32,000 bases of DNA, taken from contig DASYBT010000029.1 in NCBI GenBank assembly GCA_036500585.1, positions 1 through 32,000 on the forward strand. The letters are read 5' to 3'. The stretch is from Rhizomicrobium sp. (GTDB lineage Bacteria; Pseudomonadota; Alphaproteobacteria; Micropepsales; Micropepsaceae). Below, piece by piece: positions 14,584-22,782 of this stretch. The notes under the pieces were generated by a model that saw only the letters and a list, made by a program, of their open reading frames with translations, had not been told where the DNA came from and searched no databases. Position 1 is the stretch's first letter. Each line of letters begins with the position of its first letter. The translations under genes were made by a program, and so were the position numbers.

Positions 14584-17500
14584 TCAGTACCGCCGCGAGC
14601 CGTTGCGCACGGCGCCGGCGAGCTTCGCCATCGTCTGTCCGCTGGAAGCGTGGAAGGCTCCCGGGTTTGGCGTCTGGATCACGATCGCGCCGGGCATGAT
14701 GGTGACGCCGCCGGCGTGGCCCCGGTTGTAGGCCTTGGTCTCGGTGCGGTTGAGCACCCGCTCTCCCGTTTGCAGAATGGACGGCACTTCGTCGGGGCCG
14801 AGATACACCCCATCGTGAAACCGCGGCGCGAAGCGCAGCACGTTCGACGGCAGCGCGCGCTTGTCGCCGCTGCCGGGGCTCACCATGCTGCCGGCATGGA
14901 ACACACCGGCAATACTGACAGCCGCGTCGCTGTTGAGGCTGCTGCCGCCGAACAGGCTGGTGAACCAGCCGAGCAATCCGCCGCCGCCAGAGGACGAACC
15001 GCCGCTGAGATTGAAGCCGGAACTCAGCGGCGACATCACGACATAGATCGGATTGGTTGGCGTGCCGTCCGGCTTGCCGAGGCCGCCGGCGGCGCTGAAC
15101 ACGGATTCCAAGGTCGGCGTGTTGGTGCCGAAGATGTCGTTCTTTAGCGGGTCGATGGCCGCGAGCTTGACGAGTTCCGTTTCGATTTCCTTGCTGGCGG
15201 ACAAACCCAGCTGCTTCCAGTCGTTCCAGCTGAACTTGCCGTTGGTGAGGAAGTTGGACGCGTCGGTCGCCAGCGTGTCGAACATGCCTTCCAGTTCCTG
15301 ACGCGATTCCTGCGCCAGCTTGAGCTGTTGATTAAGCTGCGTCGACGCCGCGGCATTGGCGAGAATCTGGCGGCCTTCCTCGCTGTCGGCCGAGATGTTG
15401 TCCTTGATCAGCTGCTGCTTGGCCTGCAGCACGGCGATCTCGACTTCGCGCGCGCTGTCGTTGTCGTTGGCGATCGCCAGCTCCTTCTTGAGCAGGTCGA
15501 TGTTCTGGTTTCCCGTCTGCACCAGCGCCAGCGCCTTGGTGCGCGTCGCTTCCGCATTGTCGTTCGCCCGCGCCCTGGTGAGCGCGTCGAGGATTGCTCC
15601 CAGTTCCTGCTTCGCCTTGCCCTCGGCGATGTCGTAAGCGATGCGCAACGGCGCCAGCGCGTTCTCCGTCGCCATCGCCTGCGCCGACTGCTCGGAGGTT
15701 ATGCTGCCGGCAGCAACCTGATCGTTGAGCGCCTTGCGTGCCGCCGTTTCGTCGGCGAGCTGCGCCGCCTGCTTGGCGCCAGTGATGGCCGTGTGGCCGA
15801 GGCTTTCCTCGAGCTTCTTGCCGCTGTCCTCCGCCATGGCGCCGGCGGCCGAGCCTTTGAGGTACGCCGCGGCGACATCGATCCACGCATCGACGTTCTG
15901 CTTGACCGCCGTCGTCTGCTGCTTGACGGAGGCGGTGGCCTGTGCCCGCGCCTTGGCGCCGGCATCGTCGATCTCGCGCTGCGCTTCGGCCGTGGTGACG
16001 ACCTTGCCGGCAAGCTCGACCGATTTCTGCTGTTCGGCGATCGCCACCTTCTGCGCCACCGTCTTGGCGCTGATCGCTTGCGCCGCGAGCTGCTCCAGCT
16101 CATGCTGCTTCGTCGCCGGATCGATGTAGGTCTGGATGGCCCGCGTGTAGGCATCCTGCGCTTCTGTCACCTGCTGCGTCGTGACGCCAGACTTCGCCAT
16201 CGCCGCCTGGCTGGCGCCGAGCGCATCGACCTGGGCCTGGTTTGCCTTGAGCGACGCGAGCGCGGAATCGGACTGCGACTCTTCGCTGGCGCCGCGCACC
16301 AGCGGCCCGGCACGCAGCGACAGGGCCTGTGCCGCCGCATCGGACGCCGACTGTTTCGCCTTGGCATTGGTCGCGTCGATGGCTGCGTTGACGCGCGCCA
16401 GATCGGCTTCGATGTCGGCAATGGAGCGCGCCGGCGCGGTGGTGGCACTGCCGCCGAGTCGCTTTTCCGGATCGTAGGTTGGAAGGCCGATGCCCTGTTG
16501 CGCCAGCGCCAATTCCTGCTGCAGCTGCGCCTGCGTATCCTTCAGCGACGGCGGCTTGAACGGCTTGCTCATCGCCTCGACGACGCCGTTGTATTGATTC
16601 TTCACCCACTGCCAGGCGTTGCCGTACCAAGTGGTCTGGTCGGTCGCGTCCTTGAGCGCCTTGATGAGCGCGGTGGTGAGAACCGTCTGCGCGCCGGTTT
16701 CATCGCCGGCTTGCATCATTCGCTCGATCAGCTGCGCCGTGTTGTCGTCGAGACCGCCAAGCTGCTTGAGCAATGCTTCGCCGGCCGTCTGCGGCGCGGT
16801 GAAGGCCTTGATCATTTCGGCCTGCGCGTCGTCCATGCTGGTGCCGGTCTTGCGCGCGTAATCGACGGTGAGATCGATCAGGCCCTGGAGCTGCTGGCCG
16901 CCGATCTGTCCGGTCTTGGCGAAACCCGCCGCCATGTCGCGCGCCGTGCGCACCGAAATGTTGTCGGCCGCAGCAGCCGCTTCCGCGTATGCCTCGATCT
17001 GATCCTTGGTCGCACCGACACCGCGCGCGGACAGCTCGGTTGCCTGGGTGAGCTGGTTCTCGGCATCCTCGGCGCGGTTGTAGGCCAGCACGATGGCCGC
17101 CCCGCCTGCCACGATGGCGGCAATGGAATCGACGGCCGGATTGGTGACGATGGCACCGATGGCTGCCCCGATGCCTTCGCCCGACGACGCGCGCAGCAGA
17201 TCGCCGGCGGCCATTCCCAACTGGCGCAGCGACAGGCCGCCGGCGGTCGCGCCCTCGCCGAGATGCACGAAGACTTCCGTCAGCTCGCGCGCCTTGGTGG
17301 CGTTGAGTTCTTCGCCGGAGGAGAGGTCGACGATGCTCTTCCTGGCGTCGTCGTAAGCCTTGCGCGCGAGCGCAACCGCGGCCGCATGCTCCGTCTGGTT
17401 GATGGTGCCGCTCGCCAGCAGCATGTTGGCATCGGCGAGCGCATCGTTCATCTTGCCTTGCACTGTGCCGAGCGGGTCGATCTGCGCGCGCAACGCGGCG

Positions 17501-17817
17501 GCGCGCTGTTCCATGCCGGAGAATGCCGCCTGGAACGTCGAGGCCGCATCGCGCGCCGAGCCGGCCTGGTTGTCGTTGACGCCGAGCAGCTGGTTGAACG
17601 AGCTCTGGTTCGCCTGCGCCACCTGCGCGTTCTTCTGCGCCTCGGTGAGCTGATCGAAGGCGGCGTGCTGACGCTGGATGGCGGCCGTGCCCTGATCGAT
17701 GGCCTTGCCGACCTGCGCGAACGCAGCATCGCCGGATTGGGCGATATCGTCGAGATCGCGCTGGATGTCGGCCTTGCCGTCCATCGCGATGCGGACAGCC
17801 ATCTGTCGGATCGTCAT
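14584..17817 (-). CDS. Tail tape measure protein
   Basis: The product is 1077 aa, Ala/Gln-rich and alpha-helical in composition. It lies immediately downstream of the frameshifted chaperone pair and upstream of the distal tail genes. Confidence 0.9.
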   Translation of the reverse strand: MTIRQMAVRIAMDGKADIQRDLDDIAQSGDAAFAQVGKAIDQGTAAIQRQHAAFDQLTEAQKNAQVAQANQSSFNQLLGVNDNQAGSARDAASTFQAAFSGMEQRAAALRAQIDPLGTVQGKMNDALADANMLLASGTINQTEHAAAVALARKAYDDARKSIVDLSSGEELNATKARELTEVFVHLGEGATAGGLSLRQLGMAAGDLLRASSGEGIGAAIGAIVTNPAVDSIAAIVAGGAAIVLAYNRAEDAENQLTQATELSARGVGATKDQIEAYAEAAAAADNISVRTARDMAAGFAKTGQIGGQQLQGLIDLTVDYARKTGTSMDDAQAEMIKAFTAPQTAGEALLKQLGGLDDNTAQLIERMMQAGDETGAQTVLTTALIKALKDATDQTTWYGNAWQWVKNQYNGVVEAMSKPFKPPSLKDTQAQLQQELALAQQGIGLPTYDPEKRLGGSATTAPARSIADIEADLARVNAAIDATNAKAKQSASDAAAQALSLRAGPLVRGASEESQSDSALASLKANQAQVDALGASQAAMAKSGVTTQQVTEAQDAYTRAIQTYIDPATKQHELEQLAAQAISAKTVAQKVAIAEQQKSVELAGKVVTTAEAQREIDDAGAKARAQATASVKQQTTAVKQNVDAWIDVAAAYLKGSAAGAMAEDSGKKLEESLGHTAITGAKQAAQLADETAARKALNDQVAAGSITSEQSAQAMATENALAPLRIAYDIAEGKAKQELGAILDALTRARANDNAEATRTKALALVQTGNQNIDLLKKELAIANDNDSAREVEIAVLQAKQQLIKDNISADSEEGRQILANAAASTQLNQQLKLAQESRQELEGMFDTLATDASNFLTNGKFSWNDWKQLGLSASKEIETELVKLAAIDPLKNDIFGTNTPTLESVFSAAGGLGKPDGTPTNPIYVVMSPLSSGFNLSGGSSSGGGGLLGWFTSLFGGSSLNSDAAVSIAGVFHAGSMVSPGSGDKRALPSNVLRFAPRFHDGVYLGPDEVPSILQTGERVLNRTETKAYNRGHAGGVTIMPGAIVIQTPNPGAFHASSGQTMAKLAGAVRNGSRRY

Positions 17818-17823
17818 GCAGGA

Positions 17824-18210
17824 TCAGCTTTCGGAATTGGAGGCGTTGAAGGCGCGCACGGCGAAGGCTTCGATTTCGGGGAGGAGGTCACAGAGAAGCG
17901 GGCTTTCGGCATCCATGCTGCGCGCGAGCGACAGCACCGCGGTGAAGTCGAGCCCGGTGGCAATGCGGATGATCTGAACGGTGCCGTCCGGATGCGCCAG
18001 CGCGTCGATGGCGACGCGCAGCTGGCCGGTGCACCGCTTGATCAGCTCCCACGCCGCGATGCCGTCCGGCGTTTCGGGAGCGTTTATGCTGTAGGCGCAC
18101 TCTTTGCAGTGCGCTTCCTGCGGCTGGCGGAGGGTGCAGTATCGGCAGAACCCTTCGCCGGAATTTTCGCCCCCGTAGTGCCACTCTGCGAGGGCGCGAA
18201 TGCGTTTTTT
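17824..18210 (-). CDS. Tail assembly chaperone, -1 frameshift extension (gpT-like part of a G/GT pair)
   Basis: My hand translation of the -1 frame from the slippery site is open for 127 codons: KKRIRALAEWHYGGENSGEGFCRYCTLRQPQEAHCKECAYSINAPETPDGIAAWELIKRCTGQLRVAIDALAHPDGTVQIIRIATGLDFTAVLSLARSMDAESPLLCDLLPEIEAFAVRAFNASNSES*. Third codon positions are GC-rich. No start codon of its own gives 60 aa or more, which is why it is absent from the track. TGA 17824-17826 lies 6 nt before the TMP start. Confidence 0.7.
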   Translation of the reverse strand, partial: KKRIRALAEWHYGGENSGEGFCRYCTLRQPQEAHCKECAYSINAPETPDGIAAWELIKRCTGQLRVAIDALAHPDGTVQIIRIATGLDFTAVLSLARSMDAESPLLCDLLPEIEAFAVRAFNASNSES

Positions 18211-18551
18211 TCGTCGCCCCGCACCAGCGCCGGAATCACATAGCGCTTGTCGATGGCATCGTAGATGCGCCAGTTGGAGAGATAGGCCGCGATCGCTTCC
18301 GGCGTGACCGGCAGCGGGTTATCGGACGTGTCGCCGACGCCTTCCCACGCGACGATGCCCTGTTGCGCGCAGGAGCGGGTGAACGCCTCGCTGCTTGCCT
18401 CTTCGGCATGTTCGGGATCGGCCTTGGCGGCAAGCGCGCCGGCGTTGCGCGCGACCAGGATCGTCTTGGTCGTGATCGGACGGAATTGCGTGCGCTGTCC
18501 GGGCAGGACTTCGAGCCAGAACGGCTCGGCGTTCAGATCGAGATGGAGCAT
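18084..18551 (-). CDS. Tail assembly chaperone (gpG-like, zero-frame product)
   Basis: ATG 18551 (MLHLDLNAEPFWLEVLPGQRTQFRPITTKTILVARNAG...) lies inside tracked ORF 18084..18602. It sits between the tube and tape measure genes. The low-complexity zero-frame tail begins after the slippery site. Confidence 0.8.
   Translation of the reverse strand: MLHLDLNAEPFWLEVLPGQRTQFRPITTKTILVARNAGALAAKADPEHAEEASSEAFTRSCAQQGIVAWEGVGDTSDNPLPVTPEAIAAYLSNWRIYDAIDKRYVIPALVRGDEKNAFAPSQSGTTGAKIPAKGSADTAPSASRRKRTAKSAPTA
18204..18210 (-). promoter_or_regulatory. -1 programmed ribosomal frameshift slippery heptamer A_AAA_AAC
   Basis: The minus strand reads GAC GAA AAA AAC GCA. The heptamer is in the X_XXY_YYZ phase of the chaperone frame, which I checked against the ORF coordinates. 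On the plus strand it appears as a run of 7 T at 18205-18211. Confidence 0.7.
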
Positions 18552-18637
18552 GGGTTTTTCTCTCAGAGCGAAAAACAAAAGGGCGTGCCGGTTTCCCAGC
18601 ACGCCGTGGCGATGGATTCAGGCCTCTTTGCAGCGAA

Positions 18638-18883
18638 CTATTTGCCGTCCGGCCGTTTGCTCAATCCCTTTTCTGCCAACACGTCGGCCACGTCATCGAT
18701 GTGCAGGCAGTCCACCATGCAGGCGTAGTCGTTGGGCGGCTGAATGGTCGCGATGTTGCCGTTGCAGTAGTCGTTTCCCGGCGTGGCGCTGTGCAGCACG
18801 CCGAAAGCTACGACCTTTCCACTCTCGCCCAGCTTCACGATCTTATCGCCGTTCTTTGCTTCTCTGCCGTTTCTGTAGTGCAT
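18638..18883 (-). CDS. Small phage hypothetical protein (81 aa)
   Basis: ATG 18883 is preceded by AAGGAGAA. The composition is balanced (MHYRNGREAKNGDKIVKLGESGKVVAFGVLHSATPGNDYCNG...). Confidence 0.6.
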   Translation of the reverse strand: MHYRNGREAKNGDKIVKLGESGKVVAFGVLHSATPGNDYCNGNIATIQPPNDYACMVDCLHIDDVADVLAEKGLSKRPDGK

Positions 18884-18943
18884 CGTCGTTCTCCTTCGGC
18901 TGGTTTCTAAAGTGAGAGGTTTTTCGCTACCGCTTGAGTGCGG

Positions 18944-20233
18944 TTAGTAGCTCGACACGTCGTTGCACAGGACGACCGTGCACGCCCGGCCGACCGTCGG
19001 GTCTTTGGCGCCCTGCCAGTCGAAGGTCGCCTGCACCGCGCCAGGGCCGGTGATCGGCACTTTCGGCTTGGGCAGGAAGACGCGGTGGAAGATGAACTCC
19101 AGCGTCTGGTTGGCGGCGATCTGCCAGCTGTAGGTGAGATCGACCGGCTCGCCGGCGGTTGCCAGCGCCATCAGTGCGGTGTCCTTGAAGCGGATCACCA
19201 CCTGCCCGGTGTACGACGCCTCCGCCGGATCGACACCGGCAATGCGGCCATCGGGGCGGATCACTTCGACCTTGTCGAGATTGTTGGCGGCGGTGAAATT
19301 GCCCGACACCACATCGCCCAGGGTCGCGCCAAGGCGCGTGACGCTGCCGGTGAACTGGGCGAAGCGCAGCAACTGCAGCACGGTCGGCGAGCCGGCGGCG
19401 GACGACCCGGTGCGCGCGCTCTCGCCCTGGTTGATCGTGCTGACGGTCGCGTTGAGCAGGCCGGAGCGCGCCAGATTGATGGCGATCTTGTCGATGCCGA
19501 TGCCGTAGTTCATCGCGTAGGAGGCGATGTCGACATTGCCGATCTCGCCCGACAGCGACGGCAAGGTGAGCGCACCGGACGCGAAGGTGTGCTGATAGCC
19601 GCCGCTCGCCGCGCCGCCGGACATGGTGGCGCCGGAGACCGTGGCGTGCGACGCGGGCGACGTGGACGCCGCCAGGGTGAAAGCATTGCCGCCGGTGCCG
19701 ACCGTGTCGTAGGTGGCGAAGATCGTCGTGCCCTTGAGGTCCATGCTGTAGGTCGCGACATTCACATCCGTATCGGTGCTGGCGTTGAGCGCCTGCACGG
19801 CATTGACGACGGTGTCGTAGAGCGTCGCGCCGATGAGGATGTCGCCATCGCCCGGATCGGACGCCACGAAGGTGAAATCGACGCCGTTGGGCGAGATGGT
19901 GGCGCTGGTCGCGGGCTGCGCGGAGAACACCCAGCTGGCGGTCGCCGCAACGCCTTCCACCGTGGTGGGCGCGCCGAGCAATCCCTTGAGCCACAGGCCG
20001 AAATTGCGAAGGTCGACGGGGACGACGATGTCGCCGGCGTTGTTGATCACATCCTGCGCCGGATCGGCGGGATCGCGGCCCTGGCCGAGCAGATCGCTGG
20101 CGATCAGATCCTGTTCGTCACCGATGTTCGCCGAGACGAACGGCACCTTGTAGAAGCCGGAGCCCGGCGGCGTGCCGTAAGTGGATTCATACGCCACGCA
20201 CAGCTGTGCGTTGGCGCCGCGTGCGCGAGCCAT
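18944..20233 (-). CDS. Major tail (tube) protein, large form
   Basis: ATG 20233 is preceded by GAGGAGAA. The gene lies upstream of the chaperone pair. The N-terminus (AYESTYGTPPGSGFYKVPFVSANIGDEQDLIASDLLGQGRD...GDIVVPVDLRNFGLWLKGLLG) resembles tail-tube proteins of alphaproteobacterial phages. Confidence 0.7.
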   Translation of the reverse strand: MARARGANAQLCVAYESTYGTPPGSGFYKVPFVSANIGDEQDLIASDLLGQGRDPADPAQDVINNAGDIVVPVDLRNFGLWLKGLLGAPTTVEGVAATASWVFSAQPATSATISPNGVDFTFVASDPGDGDILIGATLYDTVVNAVQALNASTDTDVNVATYSMDLKGTTIFATYDTVGTGGNAFTLAASTSPASHATVSGATMSGGAASGGYQHTFASGALTLPSLSGEIGNVDIASYAMNYGIGIDKIAINLARSGLLNATVSTINQGESARTGSSAAGSPTVLQLLRFAQFTGSVTRLGATLGDVVSGNFTAANNLDKVEVIRPDGRIAGVDPAEASYTGQVVIRFKDTALMALATAGEPVDLTYSWQIAANQTLEFIFHRVFLPKPKVPITGPGAVQATFDWQGAKDPTVGRACTVVLCNDVSSY

Positions 20234-20296
20234 GATGTTTCTCCTCGTGTTGTCGGATTGAGGGCGCGAGCGCGCCCGGAAGATTTTCGTTATTTT

Positions 20297-20321
20297 GCGA
20301 ACACGCTCGCGCGCGCTTCGC
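20297..20321 (-). repeat. REP-like hairpin repeat, copy 4
   Basis: GCGAACACGCTCGCGCGCGCTTCGC on the plus strand. It lies in the 89-nt gap between gene 20323..20997 and the tube gene. It is preceded by the GGGCGC-GAGC-GCGCCC hairpin (20261-20276). Confidence 0.8.
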
Positions 20322-20322
20322 T

Positions 20323-20997
20323 CTAACCGAGAGCTTCGAACTTGCTCTCCAGAATGTCGGGCACCTGCGCGGCCCAGTGCTCGGCCGCCTGATCGACGCT
20401 CAACCGCTTCGGCATCCGCGCCGTCGGCGTGAGCGTAAACATCGGCACCTGCACATGGTGCGGCGGCGCCTTGCCCTGACGGTACAGGCGGCCGAGCTGC
20501 TTGCCGGTGGCGCGCTTGAACGATCCCGCCGCGGTGCCGACGACATCGACATAGGCGACGAGCCGGCCATTGCCGGCGCGGGCGAATTTCAGGTCCTGGT
20601 TGAAATAGGTTTCAACTTGCGCCGGCGTCATGCGGCCCCCGCCGCCGCGCGCTCCCGCCGTGCGCGGGACGTTCGGCCACGGAATGGCGAGATAGCGCCG
20701 GCCGTTGACCGTGTGAATCACCGGACCGCGATCGAACGCGTCGATGATCGCCGGCGCCTTCGACCACACATACGCGGCGGCATTGATGCTCGCCGCCGTG
20801 GACGGATAGCGCCGCCCCTGCCAGGTGTTCGCCACGCGGGCGCCGAGGCCGGCCGCTTCGACTTGGGCGCGCAGCTCGAGCTTGAGGCCTTGCGTGATCT
20901 CATCGGCGGCGGCGGCGGCCGCCTTCGCCATGTCGTCGCCGAGGCCATCGGTGACCGGCTTCCATTTCGGCGCCGTGAAGCGAAAGCCGCGCGTCAT
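20323..20997 (-). CDS. Phage structural-region hypothetical protein (224 aa)
   Basis: ATG 20997 (MTRGFRFTAPKWKPVTDGLGDDMAKAAAAAADEITQGLKLELRAQ...) lies inside tracked ORF 20323..21267. It forms an ATGA overlap with the upstream gene. Confidence 0.65.
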   Translation of the reverse strand: MTRGFRFTAPKWKPVTDGLGDDMAKAAAAAADEITQGLKLELRAQVEAAGLGARVANTWQGRRYPSTAASINAAAYVWSKAPAIIDAFDRGPVIHTVNGRRYLAIPWPNVPRTAGARGGGGRMTPAQVETYFNQDLKFARAGNGRLVAYVDVVGTAAGSFKRATGKQLGRLYRQGKAPPHHVQVPMFTLTPTARMPKRLSVDQAAEHWAAQVPDILESKFEALG

Positions 20998-21374
20998 GCC
21001 GTAACGGTGAGACTGCGATCGTCGCTGTTCGCGATCATCTGGCGGAAGGACGGTCCCAGGATCACGCAGCCATGGCTGGCATCGTTCGCCTGGTTGTTGC
21101 CATGGATGAAGAACGCCGAGCGGCCGAAGGTGTTGGTGCCCGGCAACGGCGTCAGCGCCATGACGCAGGGCCCGAGCTTGGGATGGCTGTAGCTGGCTGG
21201 CCCGATGCGATAGCTGCCTTGCGGGATCGGGCCGACATTGGCGACGTTCTGCATCGCCGGATTGCATCGACCCCTGCCGGTTCCGCTGTAGCCGACGCCG
21301 ACCAGCTGTCCGTCATGGATCAACTGGCCGGTCTCTTGCGAAAAGGTCCACATCGCTTTCCCGTCCCGTAACAT
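20994..21374 (-). CDS. Tlde1/DUF2778-like L,D-transpeptidase-fold (YkuD-like) peptidoglycan enzyme
   Basis: The product contains MWTFSQETGQLIHDGQLVGVGYSGTGRGRCNPAMQNVANVGPIPQGSYRIG...GRSAFFIHGNNQANDASHGCVILG, with a His...SHGC catalytic-type signature. The start is ATG 21374, or more likely ATG 21353, which follows GGGAAAG. Confidence 0.7.
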   Translation of the reverse strand: MLRDGKAMWTFSQETGQLIHDGQLVGVGYSGTGRGRCNPAMQNVANVGPIPQGSYRIGPASYSHPKLGPCVMALTPLPGTNTFGRSAFFIHGNNQANDASHGCVILGPSFRQMIANSDDRSLTVTA

Positions 21375-21386
21375 GGCTCGCGCAAT

Positions 21387-21821
21387 CTACCCTGCAGCGC
21401 TGGCCGTCGTATAGGACAGCTGCACGTGCAGAACGGCAGAGCGCTCGGTCTCGACGCCATCCGCCTCGTATTCGTTGATGTCGGGCGCCGTCATCACGCG
21501 CGCATCGTCCACCGCGCCGCCGAGAGTACGGTCCACCGCAAGCGCCGGATCGATGCGCCCGATGATGCTTTCGACCGTTGTGGCGCGATCCGGTCCGCTT
21601 GCGGTGATCTCGAATTCCACCTGGTGCTCGAAGGCAAACGACAGCGGCGACAGGATGACTTCCGGGTCGCCGGGATCGCCGTGCCGCATGATCACCACGC
21701 CGTCGTGGCTCGCCGGCACGTTCTTTTCCGGATCGCGTTCGAAGGTGACCGGTGATGCGAGCGCGGCTGCCATGACGGATTCCAGCGCATCGAGCGCCCC
21801 CGCCCTCGTTTGGAAGGTCAT
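21387..21821 (-). CDS. Neck/tail-completion region protein (144 aa, function by position only)
   Basis: ATG 21821 (MTFQTRAGALDALESVMAAALASPVTFERDPEKNV...) forms an ATGA overlap with the upstream gene. Confidence 0.6.
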   Translation of the reverse strand: MTFQTRAGALDALESVMAAALASPVTFERDPEKNVPASHDGVVIMRHGDPGDPEVILSPLSFAFEHQVEFEITASGPDRATTVESIIGRIDPALAVDRTLGGAVDDARVMTAPDINEYEADGVETERSAVLHVQLSYTTASAAG

Positions 21822-22141
21822 GCCGATGCCGCCTCGATGCGCCACAGCAGGCGATCGGTATCTCTCGACAGCGCCTGCATGACGCGAAAATTCTGTCCCG
21901 AACCTCTGGGAATCTCGATCACATCGTCCTTCGATGCGGCTACCAATTCGCTCTTGCGGATTTCGAGCACACGCTTGTGATCGGTGAGCTTCGCCTGGCC
22001 TCCGATCACAACGTCGGTGTCGGGCTCCGCCAGCAGCGCGCGCACGGCGACGGCCTGTCCGCCCTGCGGCGTATAGAGCACGTCGATCGCCATCGCGGTG
22101 GCAAACAGCGAATCCAGCCCGATGGAAAAGGGGTCACTCAT
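21818..22141 (-). CDS. Head-tail joining region protein (107 aa, function by position only)
   Basis: The product starts MSDPFSIGLDSLFATAMAIDVLYTPQGGQAVAVRALLAEPDTDVVIGG.... Both ends form ATGA overlaps. Confidence 0.6.
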   Translation of the reverse strand: MSDPFSIGLDSLFATAMAIDVLYTPQGGQAVAVRALLAEPDTDVVIGGQAKLTDHKRVLEIRKSELVAASKDDVIEIPRGSGQNFRVMQALSRDTDRLLWRIEAASA

Positions 22142-22422
22142 TTCACGACAACGTCAAAGCCGCGGGTGAGCGATGTGCCGTCTGCGAACGCAACCGTCGC
22201 CTCCACGATGCTGCGCAGGCCGCAGGTGCCACCCGACAGCGTGACCTTCTGCGTGAGCGCGCTCACCCCAGCGTCCGCGGCGCCCACGTCGCCGCATTTC
22301 ACGGCGACGGAATGCGTGGCAATGCTGCTTTGCCCGGACGGCGCAAACGCCGACCAGTCGAGCGCAACCGTCTCGATATCGGCCGGCGCTTTCACCAGAT
22401 CCGGGAAGGCGAGAATGGTCAC
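22138..22422 (-). CDS. Head-tail region hypothetical protein (94 aa)
   Basis: The start is GTG 22422, 3 nt after the upstream TAG. The product starts MTILAFPDLVKAPADIETVALDWSAFAPSGQSSIATHSVAVKCG.... Confidence 0.55.
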   Translation of the reverse strand: MTILAFPDLVKAPADIETVALDWSAFAPSGQSSIATHSVAVKCGDVGAADAGVSALTQKVTLSGGTCGLRSIVEATVAFADGTSLTRGFDVVVK

Positions 22423-22425
22423 GGG

Positions 22426-22662
22426 CTAACGACGACCACCGTTCCCGGCGGCCGCTTCTTTTTCCGCCGCTTCCTTTTCGGCTGCAGCTTTCGCGGCCGC
22501 TTCCTTTTCCGCGGCCGATGGCCCGAGCAGCTTACCGTTCTTGTCGCAGTAGTCGGCAACGCCGAGCTTCACGAGGCGGTCTGCGAACTCATGATCCGCG
22601 AACCCGGCATGCTCACCGGCATTGTAGGGCGAATTGTGCTTCTTGAACTTGACGTGTTTCAT
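22426..22662 (-). CDS. Small hypothetical protein with EKEAA-repeat tail (78 aa)
   Basis: ATG 22662 is preceded by GGAGGG. The product starts MKHVKFKKHNSPYNAGEHAGFADHEFADRLVKLGVADYCDKNGKLL and ends in an AEKEAAAKAAAEKEAAEKEAAA tail. Confidence 0.55.
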   Translation of the reverse strand: MKHVKFKKHNSPYNAGEHAGFADHEFADRLVKLGVADYCDKNGKLLGPSAAEKEAAAKAAAEKEAAEKEAAAGNGGRR

Positions 22663-22693
22663 GGGGCGTGTGCCCTCCACAGAGTGATGGAAA

Positions 22694-22718
22694 ACGAAGC
22701 AGGCGCGAGCCTGTTCGC
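22694..22718 (+). repeat. REP-like repeat, degenerate copy 5 (opposite orientation to the other prophage copies)
   Basis: ACGAAGCAGGCGCGAGCCTGTTCGC compared with the consensus GCGAAGCGCGCGAGAGCGTGTTCGC. It lies in intergenic gap 22663-22782. Confidence 0.5.
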
Positions 22719-22782
22719 AAAAAGGAGAGAAGCGGGCGCCCGCAACATCAGTCGCGCGTCCCGCCTGGCCGGAGTCGTTCGA

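Noticed and set aside
17888-18184. 98-aa minus-strand ORF between the chaperone and the tape measure
   Set aside because: It is Arg/His-rich. It is in neither the chaperone frame nor the -1 frame. The -1 frame reached through the A_AAA_AAC site gives a far more protein-like product.
15328-18243. 971-aa plus-strand ORF
   Set aside because: It is antisense to the tape measure and chaperone genes. It is Arg/Leu/Gly-rich and low in complexity. The minus-strand genes fit the canonical gene order.
18938-20326. 462-aa plus-strand ORF and the minus-frame ORF 18927..19994
   Set aside because: Both overlap the tube gene (18944..20233). The tube gene has a strong Shine-Dalgarno sequence, balanced composition and the expected position. 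The alternative ORFs are Arg/Gly/His-rich.
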